A DNA stretch of 64,000 nt from Candidatus Bathyarchaeia archaeon (GCA_049512075.1 JBEKXL010000002.1:165930-229929), one strand, 5' to 3'; shown: positions 10,050 to 20,858, counted from the first letter of the stretch. Program-made: numbers and translations. The notes: generated by a model from the sequence alone, not told the origin.

Positions 10050-10433
10050 GTTCTTTACTTGTCTTCTGGATAATAAATGATCCATTCTTGTCGAACGTTT
10101 CTAAGCTTCTCTATTCTAAAATCTGTTACTGGCGCCTGTTACGTGCATAATGGTCGAAACCGAATTCTTCAATAAAAAGAGCGTGCCATAATGTGGCATA
10201 GATCCATTATACTAATTGTTGTATGCGACAAGTTGAGGTTCTTAATGCCAGCAAGCGCTTTTATCGCTACAGGTTCGCATGAGCAGATCAACAGAAGCCT
10301 CATTGTACAAGTTGCTCAAGGAATCAACTAACTAACAAGTCTTGAAGCGCGCAGGCGACGCTCCCAGTATAACAATCGCTCATGCGCTGCTAACCTTAAT
10401 GAGAACTATCAATTTCTGTAATTGGCGGGGGTT

Positions 10434-10490
10434 TTAGCCTAACCTGCCCACGGGCTCTCCCCTGATCTTGTTTCTGAACCTGCCTGCGCT
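10434..10490 (-). pseudogene. Diverged 3'-end fragment of a HAD (COG4030-like) gene
   Basis: Translates SAGRFRNKIRGEPVGRLG*, versus [18 protein letters not shown] at the end of 14194..15276. Confidence 0.7.
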
Positions 10491-10665
10491 GCAAAAGAAG
10501 AACAAGATTTAACCGTGAAATGGCCAGATTACGATGCTAGAGCGCGCGCATGACGTGCTGGTACTCATCTGCACCTATCATTGAAGATTGTTCATGGCTG
10601 GCCTCAGAAGGAGAAATATGTTATAGGTCCTGACCAAGAGAAGGGCCTTGCTTTGTTGGGCAAGC

Positions 10666-12036
10666 TTAGGTGGGCGTGATTTTGTATTCTTTTCCTCGTT
10701 TGATGAGTTGAACCTTGTTGCTTATTTTCTTGAATAGGTGCGCGTTTTCTGTGTGCACGGGATAGATTTTCTTGGGTTCTATTTCGTTGATGAGGTTTCC
10801 TATCTGCTCCTTGTTCATGTGTCCGGAAGCGTGCAGCTGGTGAAACTGTATTCCAAAATGTTCAAGCCAGTTGTGCAGGACCTCGTCTTCAATGTCCTCT
10901 TCGCTGAAGGGTTCACTCATGCTGTGTATGAAGCAACTGCCTCGCTCCGGCCTTATGTCTATCAGCTCTGCAAACTGGTAGAAATCCAAGTCCATAATTA
11001 ACTCGTTCTGGTTCTTGTGAACGAACTCGTACGTCACCATCTTGTCCATGAATTCTCTCTCCCACGCATAGTAGTCACTGTCGTCAAAAGTTCCAGACCT
11101 CTTGCGCTTAAAATACACGAGTATGTCTTCATCCTTCAAAGGATCTGGTAGATCAAGACGTTCGTCATCGATGAGCCTGCTCAATAAACACGCTGTCTTA
11201 GGAGAAATAACCATTTTTCTTCCGTTCCTCTTGGCAACGTTGTAGAAGCTTCTGAACCTATCCATGTCTCGGCTGTAATGCGATATAAACACGATTTTGT
11301 GTGTTGAGGAAACAAGCTTATTGCTCAAATGCTCTACCTGCGCCTCTGAATAGTTCTTTCTTTTTTCCTTCAAAGTCATTCTCGTGCCCTCGCAGACAAG
11401 AGCCGTGGCCCCCGATTCTTTCGCCCTGTGCACGAAATCGTCAGTCAAATCCCTCCGTGGACCATGCATCCTCAAGTCGCCCGTGTAAGCAATGGTTCCT
11501 TCAGAAGTGTGTATCAAGAAGCCGTAAGCCGCTGGAATCGAATGGTCCACGTGCACCGGTTCCACTTCAACGTCACCCACTCTGATCTTCTTTCCAGTGC
11601 GGAAAGTCCTGTAATCGTGGTTTCCATAATCGCAGAAGCTGCTCGTCTCTTCCATCGACTCAAGAAACAGCTTGGCCCCAACACCAAGGTACACTGGAAT
11701 TAGAGGGTCTGTGAAGCAGATGTGAGTCACATGGTCAAAGTGAGCGTGCGACAGAAAAATAGCGTCGAACTCCGGCTCCGAGTACGGAACATCGGTGAAA
11801 GCCAGCTTCTCCTTGGCATAGAGCCCCCGAATCTTCGGCAGCAAACCAAACTCGAAATGGTCTCCCAAACCGTTTATCGCACGTGGCGAAAGCCAGCCCG
11901 TAAAGTATCCTGCGCCAAAACTGAAGGACTGGCCAAAATCAAACAACAATTTCGTTTTTCTATCGTGCACAAGAATCTTGTTGCCGCCGATCTCGTCGAC
12001 CCCACCGTAAAAAGTAAGCCCGACCATCCGACTCAC
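10666..12036 (-). CDS. Metallo-beta-lactamase / beta-CASP hydrolase (RNase J-like)
   Basis: GGVDEIGGN, HAHFDH, VDHS, YTGDLR, HASGH, PVHTE. Confidence 0.85.
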   Translation of the reverse strand: MSRMVGLTFYGGVDEIGGNKILVHDRKTKLLFDFGQSFSFGAGYFTGWLSPRAINGLGDHFEFGLLPKIRGLYAKEKLAFTDVPYSEPEFDAIFLSHAHFDHVTHICFTDPLIPVYLGVGAKLFLESMEETSSFCDYGNHDYRTFRTGKKIRVGDVEVEPVHVDHSIPAAYGFLIHTSEGTIAYTGDLRMHGPRRDLTDDFVHRAKESGATALVCEGTRMTLKEKRKNYSEAQVEHLSNKLVSSTHKIVFISHYSRDMDRFRSFYNVAKRNGRKMVISPKTACLLSRLIDDERLDLPDPLKDEDILVYFKRKRSGTFDDSDYYAWEREFMDKMVTYEFVHKNQNELIMDLDFYQFAELIDIRPERGSCFIHSMSEPFSEEDIEDEVLHNWLEHFGIQFHQLHASGHMNKEQIGNLINEIEPKKIYPVHTENAHLFKKISNKVQLIKRGKEYKITPT

Positions 12037-12112
12037 ACAAAAACAAAATGCAGACGCCCCTTTTCTAGTTTAGCTTGCTCGCGCTCACTCAGTTCAGTCA
12101 ATGCGATCTGTT

Positions 12113-12337
12113 GCGCGCGCGGAAGCACTAACTACAGTCCCTGACTCATACATTGAAAATTACATTTGACATTACAAATAAACAGGCCGAGTCCACTCTG
12201 AACAGCAGTCCAGCCTGATTTTCAACATGGTTTGTAACAATACACATTACATCTGACCTTACAAGTGAAAAAAGGAAGCGACTTTGAAAGGATATGATGT
12301 AAAGGTGTTTCAGCATGCCTGGATTAACAGCACGCAC
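12113..12337 (+). repeat. Dispersed non-coding element, copy A
   Basis: Aligns by eye with 57687-57812 (+) and 63855-64000 (-); internal ATTACATYTGACMTTACAA repeat with 87-bp period. Confidence 0.85.
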
Positions 12338-12360
12338 CAATGGTAGATGCTAAATCAGTG

Positions 12361-13281
12361 TCATGCCAATTGGTTCTTTATCAAATCCTTGAGTGTTGGA
12401 AGTCCTAATCTGGCTCCAATTATTGTTGTACATCTGGATGCCGCAAAATTCCCTATCCTTCCACACTCCTCAAGACTCTTATGTTTAATCAAGCCGTAAA
12501 GAAACCCTGCACAAAAAGCGTCCCCGGCACCGGTCGTGTCAACCACACTCACCTTGAACGCTTCCACCTGGCTGCTTTGGTTCCCATCAGTCACATAGCA
12601 CCCTCTGCTGCCCAACTTGACCGCAACAACCTTCACACCCCTCTCGAGCATGGCTTCAGCGCCCTTTCTATACTCGGCTATGCCTGTCAGCAATTCAAGT
12701 TCACCCGCGTTCGGCATGAAAACGAAAGTCCTCTCAACAATCGATCCCAGTGCAGCAAGTCCTTTCCTCGCGTACAATGCACCAGGATCAAAACTTACCC
12801 TGACGTCTTCAGGAATCGCTTCAAGAATCTTCTTTTGTGTCTGAAAAGATTCTTCTCCCACAAAAGAGGTTAAGTGAAGAAACATGGTTTGAGACGCATA
12901 TCCTTTGATTTTTTCATTGAAGTCTACTTGACTGTTTACGCCCGGGTCAATGTACAGCGCACGCTCGCCGTTTTCGTCCACGAAGCCCATGACTGTGCCG
13001 CTTCTGCCCTTCTTTGCGACCGCTACGCCTTTTGCGTCAACGCCTTCTCTCTGGAATTCTTCGAGCAGCATCTTTCCCTCCCTGTCAATGGCAACTTTTC
13101 CGATGAAACCTACTTTGCAGCCGAGCCTTGCCAAGCCTGCAGCAGTGTTTGCCGCTGATCCACCGCAGGTCTCAGCAGAATCGGTTATGAAGCTCTCCTC
13201 TTCCTTCGCGGCTATCTTGTTTACCTTGAAAAGTTTGTCCACGTTAAGCGCGCCGAATCCCACAACGTCAAATCTGCTCAT
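12361..13281 (-). CDS. PfkB/ribokinase-family sugar or nucleoside kinase
   Basis: GGSAANTA and [11 protein letters not shown] signatures. Confidence 0.9.
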   Translation of the reverse strand: MSRFDVVGFGALNVDKLFKVNKIAAKEEESFITDSAETCGGSAANTAAGLARLGCKVGFIGKVAIDREGKMLLEEFQREGVDAKGVAVAKKGRSGTVMGFVDENGERALYIDPGVNSQVDFNEKIKGYASQTMFLHLTSFVGEESFQTQKKILEAIPEDVRVSFDPGALYARKGLAALGSIVERTFVFMPNAGELELLTGIAEYRKGAEAMLERGVKVVAVKLGSRGCYVTDGNQSSQVEAFKVSVVDTTGAGDAFCAGFLYGLIKHKSLEECGRIGNFAASRCTTIIGARLGLPTLKDLIKNQLA

Positions 13282-14192
13282 TTGAACAGCTCACGCAAGT
13301 AAATCTTGTACTCGCCCAATTTTCCTCCGTAGTTTCCAGCCGAGACCCTCACAACGCCGTCAACAGCCAGACTGGCTTCAATCCCAGCTTTCATCGCCTC
13401 TTTCACTGCCTGCATCAAAACGCCGTTAATCACTATTTCAGGAATGTACTTGACCACCTCAGGCACCATCGAATCTCTCCCCAACTTCTCCCTCAGCGAC
13501 GGACAATAAGGATGATTCGTTGTCGGCCCAATCAACGGAAACTTCGTCTCGGTCTTTGAACCGGCTGAACAAACGTTAAACGGTGTTATCACTCCTTCAA
13601 CCCTGCCAATGGCTTCTAACGCAGCCTTCCCCGCTTCCATGACCGCCTCCTTCGTTCCACACATTATCCAGAAGTTACCGCCGGAAACTCCCCGTGCATA
13701 CCCGATATGCCGCTCTATAAGAAAGTCAGGCACCATAAGCGGAACAACAATCATGCGACGGCCGTAAAGCCGTTCCTCCCATTCATGGCCATCGCCGCAG
13801 TGCCCCACTCTTTCCATCATGTCCATTTTCCCTTCAGGCTTTACACGCATAGCCTCAAAAACTGCAGTGAAGGGCTTCACAAGAATGTCCTGCCGAATCC
13901 GGTAAGAAAGCTCCCTCTCAAACCGGTCAACCACGCTCTCCAAAGGCTTCCCCTTCTCCAGACCTTTCCAAAGCTGCAGAACAGCTCCTTTCCGCTTGTC
14001 CGGAGTTTCCTTACCGCTCAACCATCTTTCAATTCCACCCTCGAGCCTACCTATTACTCCCGAAGGCGTAGCAGTAGCGTCTTCCGCCGCCTTCCTCAAT
14101 GTTTCCTCATCATCCGCAGTGACAATGACTCGCACGTACAGCCCGTCAAACGCCTCAGCAAATGTGTCCTCAACCAAATCCTTCTTACCCAT
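13278..14192 (-). CDS. ftr: Formylmethanofuran:H4MPT formyltransferase-like protein (Ftr paralogue)
   Basis: [49 protein letters not shown]. Confidence 0.85.
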   Translation of the reverse strand: MGKKDLVEDTFAEAFDGLYVRVIVTADDEETLRKAAEDATATPSGVIGRLEGGIERWLSGKETPDKRKGAVLQLWKGLEKGKPLESVVDRFERELSYRIRQDILVKPFTAVFEAMRVKPEGKMDMMERVGHCGDGHEWEERLYGRRMIVVPLMVPDFLIERHIGYARGVSGGNFWIMCGTKEAVMEAGKAALEAIGRVEGVITPFNVCSAGSKTETKFPLIGPTTNHPYCPSLREKLGRDSMVPEVVKYIPEIVINGVLMQAVKEAMKAGIEASLAVDGVVRVSAGNYGGKLGEYKIYLRELFK

Positions 14193-14193
14193 C

Positions 14194-15276
14194 CTAGCCC
14201 AACCTGCCTGCGGCCTCTCCCCTGACTTTGTTTCTAAACTTGCTGCTTTCTTCTGCTAGGGTTTCCATATTCTGGTCCGTAATTATTTTAGCTTTAGGCA
14301 ACCTGTCCGGATACAACTTGAAAAGCCGATTAAGCAAAGCTTGACTAGCCAAACTCTTTTCCAGAGCTTTTCTGTTCCAGCTTTTCACCAGGTTTAGGGC
14401 TTCTGATTTTCCAAGCCTGAGAAATGCGTCTGCAATGACAGCGGTTACTATGCTGTTTTCAGACAGAACTGCAACCTCTGCGTTTCTTACAGCGTATCGG
14501 TTGCCGTTGAAAGACACGGTTAAGCCGCCCTTCCTCTCTACAAGCTTGAAGGCCTCGTCATCCGTTATGCTGTCACCCACGTACATGACATCTGCCACCG
14601 CAACGCCTAGCCCGTGAACTATGTCCTTTATCGCCTCAGCCTTTTCGCCGCCGCCCACCGGGTGGACTTCACAGTAAATTCTGCCGATCTCCATCTCAGC
14701 GATTTTCTTCCAGAAAATCTCATCGAGCCATCTCACTGTTTTCTGATGTTCTCTCGGCAGATCGTCCAGTGACTCGGCATCCGATGGGATCTCAAACATT
14801 GGCATCCTCGCGATTTCCTTTGCAATCTGCTTCAATTTCTCTTTCTCTTCTTCTCGAATGCCGTAATTGTCCATGCAGACTCTCGTACAGTACGCATTCT
14901 CGAAAGGAAACTCCAATACCTCGCACAAGGCTCTCAAATAGTGCTCGTAACTCACACTGACAATAAACGCAGGAGCCAGGTCTCGAACGTGTTGGAGCGT
15001 GTCCTTTATGCCCGGAATGCACACCAGGTTTTCAGCCGAGAATTCTCGCATTTTCCCGTCTGTAACGCCGTAAGCCTTGAGAAAGGGCAGAATAAGCTTG
15101 AGCGTGTCGCCAGCTTCATAGCCCGGTTTTCTCATAACCTCTGCGAGCACATCATCATACCTGCTCACAATCGTGAACAGTCTATCCCCATCAGGAACGA
15201 AGCGTGACGTTAACTCGAAGGCGTTGTCATTCTTTGAAATCGGGCCCTCACAGTCTGAAACGAAGACTCTCTTCAC
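14194..15276 (-). CDS. HAD-superfamily phosphohydrolase (COG4030 / EhaR-like)
   Basis: N-terminal [31 protein letters not shown]. Confidence 0.75.
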   Translation of the reverse strand: MKRVFVSDCEGPISKNDNAFELTSRFVPDGDRLFTIVSRYDDVLAEVMRKPGYEAGDTLKLILPFLKAYGVTDGKMREFSAENLVCIPGIKDTLQHVRDLAPAFIVSVSYEHYLRALCEVLEFPFENAYCTRVCMDNYGIREEEKEKLKQIAKEIARMPMFEIPSDAESLDDLPREHQKTVRWLDEIFWKKIAEMEIGRIYCEVHPVGGGEKAEAIKDIVHGLGVAVADVMYVGDSITDDEAFKLVERKGGLTVSFNGNRYAVRNAEVAVLSENSIVTAVIADAFLRLGKSEALNLVKSWNRKALEKSLASQALLNRLFKLYPDRLPKAKIITDQNMETLAEESSKFRNKVRGEAAGRLG

Positions 15277-16688
15277 CGTTTGCGCCTCAACTCCTCCATA
15301 TGCTTCACGCTTTTTTCAATGTACCTCTTAGAAGCGATGTCGGTTCTGCTCCACAGTGCTCCGCCCTTGACAGCGTCTATGCCTTCGAGAGAAACCTTTC
15401 TCGCCGTCTCCAAATCGTCACCGACGCCCACAACGCACACGGCTCGCGACTTCAGAGCATAGGTTTCGCCGTCCCGCTGCTCCATCGCCCCTGGATAAAC
15501 ACGAACATTGTCACCGTACTTCCCGCTCAGCTCGTATGCTCCTGACAAGTCAACAGGCTTGCCGACTTCGCCTTTTTTCACAAGATTGGGGAAAGCTTCT
15601 GCGTATCCGCCGTAGCTGGGCGGAACCTTATAGGTCACAACAGTCGCGGACTTTTCCAACTCAATACGGGTCAAATTCCCCTCCAAAATCTTAAAACACA
15701 CATCAACAAAATCGTCCTTCAAGACTGGCAAAACGTTTATTATTTCTGGATCTCCAGGCCGGCTGTTGTTTTCAAGAATCTTCAACCCCTTACCAGTGTG
15801 CATGAAAGCCACGTACAACGGCACACCCCTCAAGGCTGAAGCATCCTTTGCCATCGACTTCAACCTTCCAAAAATCTTCTCCACGACCTCCAGCTCTCTC
15901 TGCCGATCCGCCTTGGACAGGAAGGGCAACACGTCGCCCTTGTCCTTGTAGGATCCCATTCCACCCGTGTTCGGCCCCAAATCATCGTCGAACGCGCGTT
16001 TGTGGTCTCTCGTGTCGGGAAGGGGCACGAGCCGTTTGCCGTCGCAGAAAGCCTGAAAACTCGATTCTTCCCCCTCAACCTTTTCTTCAATGATAACGGT
16101 GCCATGCTGATAGTTGGAGAGGAAGTGATCAAACAGTTCTTCCCGCGTGGTGAAGTGATCTCCCCAGACACCCACTCCTTTTCCAGCTGTAGGCTTGTCG
16201 GGCTTCACGACCGCTTGGTTTTGCAGTTCGTCAACCCAACTTTCGACAGCCCTCTTCACTTCCGTCGTGCCCTTGTAATCCTTCGGATCAAAAACCTTGA
16301 AGCGCGGATTAACTTCCGGCACGATTTCCTGAAACAAAAGCCTCTGCTGCACCTTGCTTTCCTCTATGGCGTACTCCTTCGTCGGACAGATCAGGGGTAT
16401 GCCCATCTGCTTTTCCACAAGGTCGCGCACGCCCTCGATGATAGGTTTCTCCGGGCCGATTATGCCGAAGTCGATGTTGTCCTTATTGGCTTGAGCGAAT
16501 TTGCAGATTTCGCAGATGTTCAAGTCTGGTATGACAACGTGCTTGGCAGCTCTCTGAACGTTGAACGGGTTCCGCTGCTTGTCAGCAATGTAAAGCTCCA
16601 CCTTGTAATTCCGGCTTCTGGCAAAAGCGTCAACCATCGCCGCTTCTCTTGAACCGTAGGAAACAACGAGCACGCCCACGTTCTCCAT
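15273..16688 (-). CDS. purD: Phosphoribosylamine-glycine ligase
   Basis: GSREAA, GPE, GKGV, DHKRAFDDDLGPNTGGMGSY, ENNSRPGDPE, RTDIA. Confidence 0.95.
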   Translation of the reverse strand: MENVGVLVVSYGSREAAMVDAFARSRNYKVELYIADKQRNPFNVQRAAKHVVIPDLNICEICKFAQANKDNIDFGIIGPEKPIIEGVRDLVEKQMGIPLICPTKEYAIEESKVQQRLLFQEIVPEVNPRFKVFDPKDYKGTTEVKRAVESWVDELQNQAVVKPDKPTAGKGVGVWGDHFTTREELFDHFLSNYQHGTVIIEEKVEGEESSFQAFCDGKRLVPLPDTRDHKRAFDDDLGPNTGGMGSYKDKGDVLPFLSKADRQRELEVVEKIFGRLKSMAKDASALRGVPLYVAFMHTGKGLKILENNSRPGDPEIINVLPVLKDDFVDVCFKILEGNLTRIELEKSATVVTYKVPPSYGGYAEAFPNLVKKGEVGKPVDLSGAYELSGKYGDNVRVYPGAMEQRDGETYALKSRAVCVVGVGDDLETARKVSLEGIDAVKGGALWSRTDIASKRYIEKSVKHMEELRRKR

Positions 16689-16743
16689 AAGCTAACCCTC
16701 TTAGGTCACGGAATGACTTTGAAACGCCTGATTTGGTTTGCCG

Positions 16744-18249
16744 CTATGTCGTTTGGGCGGCTTCTTCTATCTCGTACAGCCTTCCCGTTTCCTCGTAGCC
16801 TTCCAAGAACCGTTTCTTCATCACATCAGCTATCTTCTGAGCCAGTGGCGTAGGATACTTGCCCGTTAAACACGCCATGCACAGCTCATCCTGCTTGAAA
16901 CCCGTCGCCTTCACAAGCCCTTCCAGAGACTGGTAGCAAACTGCGTCCGCATCGATTATCTTTGCAATCTCCTCCGTACTGTGCCGTGAACCTATCAGCT
17001 GGCCGTATGTTGCCATGTCGATTCCATAAAGACACGGCCCGACTATGCGTGGAAAAGTCACGAATACGTACACTTTCTTGGCGCCCATTCTCCGCATCTT
17101 CTCCACAATGACTCTTGTCGTGTCGCTCCTGACGATGCTGTCCTCCGTGACTATGATCCTTTTTCCTTTAACCTTCGACGCCAAAATGTTGATTTTCCTG
17201 TCTATCGTCGAAGTGCGATCCTTGCTCAGCAACAGAAAAGCCCTTTCAGTCACATACCGGTGCCTCCGCGAAGCCCTCTCCCACCTTATCCCAGAAGCCT
17301 CGTGAACGCCCAAAGCCGAGTCATCACCCGTCTCAGGCACAGAAAGAATCATATCCGCATCCTTGACCACGCTGGGATTCTCTTTAACAAGGTTCCTGCC
17401 AAATTCCTCCCGAACCTCATAAACATACTTATCATCGAACCGCGAATCCGGCCTCGCAAAATACGCAAATTCAAAAGCGCAAAACGCTTTTCGATAATCT
17501 TTCACAAGCCTTTGCCTTTCAAAACCATCCTTCGAAACCGTCACAAGCTCTCCAGGTTCCAGTTCAAAGTCCCTTTCAAAACCGTTTATGTCCAAACTCG
17601 CGGTTTCTGAAGAAAACACATAGGTATTCCCGTCTGGACTGTGACCGGCGCACAGCGGCCTTATGCCGTGCGGATCTTTGAAAGCGAAGAAATCGCCTTT
17701 CTCTGTTATGCCAGCCACGGAAAAGGCTCCCTCAATCTCCTGCATGCACGCCCTGACCGCAGACGCCAAATCCTTGCGTTTCACAAGCTCGATCAAAAGC
17801 TTGTAACAGATCAAATCCGAATCGCATTCGTAGGAAAAACCCCTGAACTCCTTCTCTATTTCCTTCCTAAGCTGAAACGTGTTCACAACATTACCGTTGA
17901 ACGAAATAGCTACTTTTGAACCGTTTTTCGAAGCCGTAACCGGCTGCGTGCCCTTAATCAACGACGTCTCATCACATTTTCCAGAAGTCGTGTACCTCAC
18001 GTTTCCAATACCGATGCTCCCGGGCAACCGCCCGAACCATTCCTGAATCGCGCTCGTCTTGATCTTCGGCACAAGATCCAAGCTTCTGTGAACATGAAAC
18101 TTCCCATCCTGATACGTGAGAAATCCGTGCGACTGGTGACCTCTGTGGTTCTGTGCCCTCAGACCCCAGTAAATGTGCGAGAACACTGGTCGGTTCTCTA
18201 GATTCTTTGCCGCGAACACTCCACACGCTATCTTAAGCTCGTCTTGCAT
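16744..18249 (-). CDS. purF: Amidophosphoribosyltransferase
   Basis: Short propeptide then CGVF, HRG, VRYTTSG, CAFEFAYFARPDS, EDSIVRSDT, Fe-S cysteines (PCLYGID, CMAC). Confidence 0.95.
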   Translation of the reverse strand: MQDELKIACGVFAAKNLENRPVFSHIYWGLRAQNHRGHQSHGFLTYQDGKFHVHRSLDLVPKIKTSAIQEWFGRLPGSIGIGNVRYTTSGKCDETSLIKGTQPVTASKNGSKVAISFNGNVVNTFQLRKEIEKEFRGFSYECDSDLICYKLLIELVKRKDLASAVRACMQEIEGAFSVAGITEKGDFFAFKDPHGIRPLCAGHSPDGNTYVFSSETASLDINGFERDFELEPGELVTVSKDGFERQRLVKDYRKAFCAFEFAYFARPDSRFDDKYVYEVREEFGRNLVKENPSVVKDADMILSVPETGDDSALGVHEASGIRWERASRRHRYVTERAFLLLSKDRTSTIDRKINILASKVKGKRIIVTEDSIVRSDTTRVIVEKMRRMGAKKVYVFVTFPRIVGPCLYGIDMATYGQLIGSRHSTEEIAKIIDADAVCYQSLEGLVKATGFKQDELCMACLTGKYPTPLAQKIADVMKKRFLEGYEETGRLYEIEEAAQTT

Positions 18250-18454
18250 GCTGCGCAGTAAACAGAAGGGGGATTAATCAGTTTTTAGGACATTTTTAGC
18301 TAAAAACCATGTTGATCTTTACAAGAACAGTGCTATACGTATCGCTGAAGGTCAACGTGCTGTCCGCGTTCATAAACTCGGTGTCAGATGCCCGCTTGAA
18401 AAGATGGTTTTCACGCGTTCATTGCTCTCGGTCTGCCTGACCGCAAAGCTGTTC

Positions 18455-19783
18455 TTATGGTGTGAGTCTGAACTTGTCTCTTGGGTAAAGTGTAGCTTCT
18501 CTTATGTTCTTCTTGCCTGTCAACACCATAGTTAATCTTTCCAGACCTATGGCCCAACCTGCGTGCGGCGGCATTCCATAGTCAAACGCTTGCAGATGAT
18601 GCTTGAACGATTCGGGATTCAAGCCTTTCTCTCTCAGCCGTTTTGTCAGAAGTTCTTTGGAGGCTATTCTTGTTCCGCCTGAAACCAGTTCTATCCACCT
18701 CCACATCAGGTCGAAGCCTTCAGATATTTCGGGCTTGTCGTCGCGTGGTTTTATGTAGAAGGCTTTCGCTTCTGTTGGCCAGTCAACTATGAAGTAAAAG
18801 TTTGGGTGGAGTTTGCCTACGGTCCTGAAAGCGGGTGTAGGTATGTCTTCGCCCCATTTGATGTCTATTCCTTCGCGTTTCAGTTCTTCCAGAATCTCTG
18901 AGTAGGTGATCCGCCTAAAGGGAACTTCGGGCACCTTCAAGTTGTACTTGAGCGTCGCCAACTCCTTTTGGCATTTTTCAACGACACTCCTGCAAGTGTG
19001 CTGCATCAGCTGCTCAAGTATCTTCATCACGTCTTCAGCATCCGCAAAAGCCTCCTCAATGTCTATCGACACAAATTCGCTCAAGTGGCGGCGTGTGTGT
19101 GACATTTCAGCCCTGAAAAACGGGCCGATCTCAAACACTTTTTCAAGGCTCATCACAAGCTCTTCTTTGTACAATTGTGGGCTTTGGGCGAGGAATGCTT
19201 TTCTGCCGAAGAAGTCTACGGAAAAAAGTGCTGCACCGCCCTCGGTGGCAGAGGCGATTATGCGAGGCGTGTGCACTTCTAGAAAGCCTCTTTCGAAGAG
19301 AAAGCTTCGAATAGCTTCCGTTGCTACATGTTGAATCTTGAAGATTGCGATGTTTTTTTCTTGGCAAAGGTCCAGCGCCCGCGCGTCCAAACAGACTTCC
19401 AAGTTTGCAGGGGTTCTTCCGCATACGTCTATCGGCAACTGTTCAGCAGAGTTGAAAATTCTAATTTCGTTCGGTAGCACTTCGACGCCTCTCGGGGTCA
19501 TCTCGGTCTTTTTCACCGTTCCCTTTACGCCTATGCTGAACCGCTTCTGCAAAGCGTTCGCCTTCGACAAGACTTCGGAGCTTGCTTTTTTACGCAAGAC
19601 CGTGATTTGAATCGTGCCCTCTCTGTCTTGCAATATTATGAATCGGATTGCCCCCAGGTCTCTGATTTCTTGAACCCATCCGAAAAGTGTGACCTCTTCG
19701 CCGTCCATGCCAGGTTTAACGTCGACAGAATAGTGTGTTCTACGCCAGTCATCGATTGAGTCCATTTCCATCGGAGTCGTCAC
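18455..19783 (-). CDS. aspS: Aspartyl-tRNA synthetase (archaeal type)
   Basis: RTHYS, OB domain, TEGGA, LAQSPQLYK, FRAE, YGMPPHAG, GLERL, PRD. Confidence 0.95.
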   Translation of the reverse strand: MTTPMEMDSIDDWRRTHYSVDVKPGMDGEEVTLFGWVQEIRDLGAIRFIILQDREGTIQITVLRKKASSEVLSKANALQKRFSIGVKGTVKKTEMTPRGVEVLPNEIRIFNSAEQLPIDVCGRTPANLEVCLDARALDLCQEKNIAIFKIQHVATEAIRSFLFERGFLEVHTPRIIASATEGGAALFSVDFFGRKAFLAQSPQLYKEELVMSLEKVFEIGPFFRAEMSHTRRHLSEFVSIDIEEAFADAEDVMKILEQLMQHTCRSVVEKCQKELATLKYNLKVPEVPFRRITYSEILEELKREGIDIKWGEDIPTPAFRTVGKLHPNFYFIVDWPTEAKAFYIKPRDDKPEISEGFDLMWRWIELVSGGTRIASKELLTKRLREKGLNPESFKHHLQAFDYGMPPHAGWAIGLERLTMVLTGKKNIREATLYPRDKFRLTP

Positions 19784-19791
19784 CGTCTAGC

Positions 19792-20301
19792 CTAATCTGC
19801 ATACTCCACTCGCAACGTTATGTTGCGAACTTTACTGGCAATCTCCTTTAAAGCGTTTACATCAAGGGAAGAATGCGCCCCACGCTTCCTTCCCAGTATG
19901 ACCCTAGTCTCTGTAGTTCCGTCAGGCAGCCATATCGTATTTATCGTCATGATGCTCAATGGAGCAAACAGGTCTTCTAGGAACTTTCTATTGTCAACCC
20001 CGTTCTCCAAAATACGAATACTCTTGCCCGTTTCTTCACTCAAAGTCTTAACGATTTTTCCTCCGTATCCCAGAAGACGAGGAACATCCCCCGGACCGAC
20101 TACTATCGCTAACGTTCTGCTCGTTTCAATGGTTTTATGAAAATAGACGTTCTGAAGCGAGGGGAACTTTTCTTCTAGAGACAGGAGCAAACGGGCCACT
20201 CTCAAGTCTGTTTCACTCACTTCTCCAGACTTTAGTTTAGCTAAACACTTTTGGCACAGTATACCGCTCTTTAGGCAGAAACTGCAAAGACTCATCTTCA
20301 A
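19792..20301 (-). CDS. Archaeal NusA-like KH-domain protein with N-terminal Cys cluster
   Basis: CSFC..GILCQKC plus KH loop LLGYGGK. Confidence 0.7.
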   Translation of the reverse strand: MKMSLCSFCLKSGILCQKCLAKLKSGEVSETDLRVARLLLSLEEKFPSLQNVYFHKTIETSRTLAIVVGPGDVPRLLGYGGKIVKTLSEETGKSIRILENGVDNRKFLEDLFAPLSIMTINTIWLPDGTTETRVILGRKRGAHSSLDVNALKEIASKVRNITLRVEYAD

Positions 20302-20368
20302 CTATGGGATGGCCCTCCACAAACAAAGGAGGGGGCGGCGGAGCATTGCTTTCTGTACTAACAGTGTT

Positions 20369-20647
20369 CTATCGTTCAAGCGAAATCTCGATTGTGCTGA
20401 CGTTTGAAGGCGAGCCACCCTCTTCTCTGGGTGCCATCTGCTGTGTTCCAATGCTAATTCTTTTGATCTTCACGTCTGGCAAGAATCGGCGTCTGACAAC
20501 CTCGACGATGTCAACCGCTCGACTTATGGATCTCCCTCGCGCCTTAACATTTACTTCTTTTGCTCCGCCGTGAAAGAGGGTTATGCATGCCAGTACATAG
20601 TTCATTACTGGCTTGTTTCCGATTAACACTGCGTTGCTTTCTGACAT
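20369..20647 (-). CDS. albA: DNA/RNA-binding protein Alba
   Basis: [31 protein letters not shown]. Confidence 0.95.
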   Translation of the reverse strand: MSESNAVLIGNKPVMNYVLACITLFHGGAKEVNVKARGRSISRAVDIVEVVRRRFLPDVKIKRISIGTQQMAPREEGGSPSNVSTIEISLER

Positions 20648-20858
20648 TCTTTACCGCCTCGCTCCTAGTTTCCCTTTTTTTTGTAGGCTTCTTAACCTTC
20701 TTTGTCGGCAAATAAATACATTACGGTTTAAATCTTCAGTTGACAAAAGCCTGATTTTGAAAAGAATCTGTTTTGTTTCAGTTTCTTGCTAAACATTTAA
20801 ATAAACGGTACCATTGTAAACACCAATCTTCACAAAATACAATGATCGGGGAGACAGT

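Larger units (their letters stand above)
4900..10660. other. AT-richer accessory island between the two purine gene blocks
   Basis: Visibly lower GC than the flanking pur genes, non-housekeeping nucleic-acid enzymes, patchwork non-coding edges. No integrase seen. Confidence 0.6.

Noticed and set aside
4900-10660. Provirus or integrative element
   Set aside because: No integrase, capsid, terminase or att repeat found; kept only as an accessory island.
13278-14192. Ftr as evidence of a methanogenesis or Wood-Ljungdahl operon here
   Set aside because: No fwd, mch, mtd or mer neighbours; the context is purine biosynthesis.
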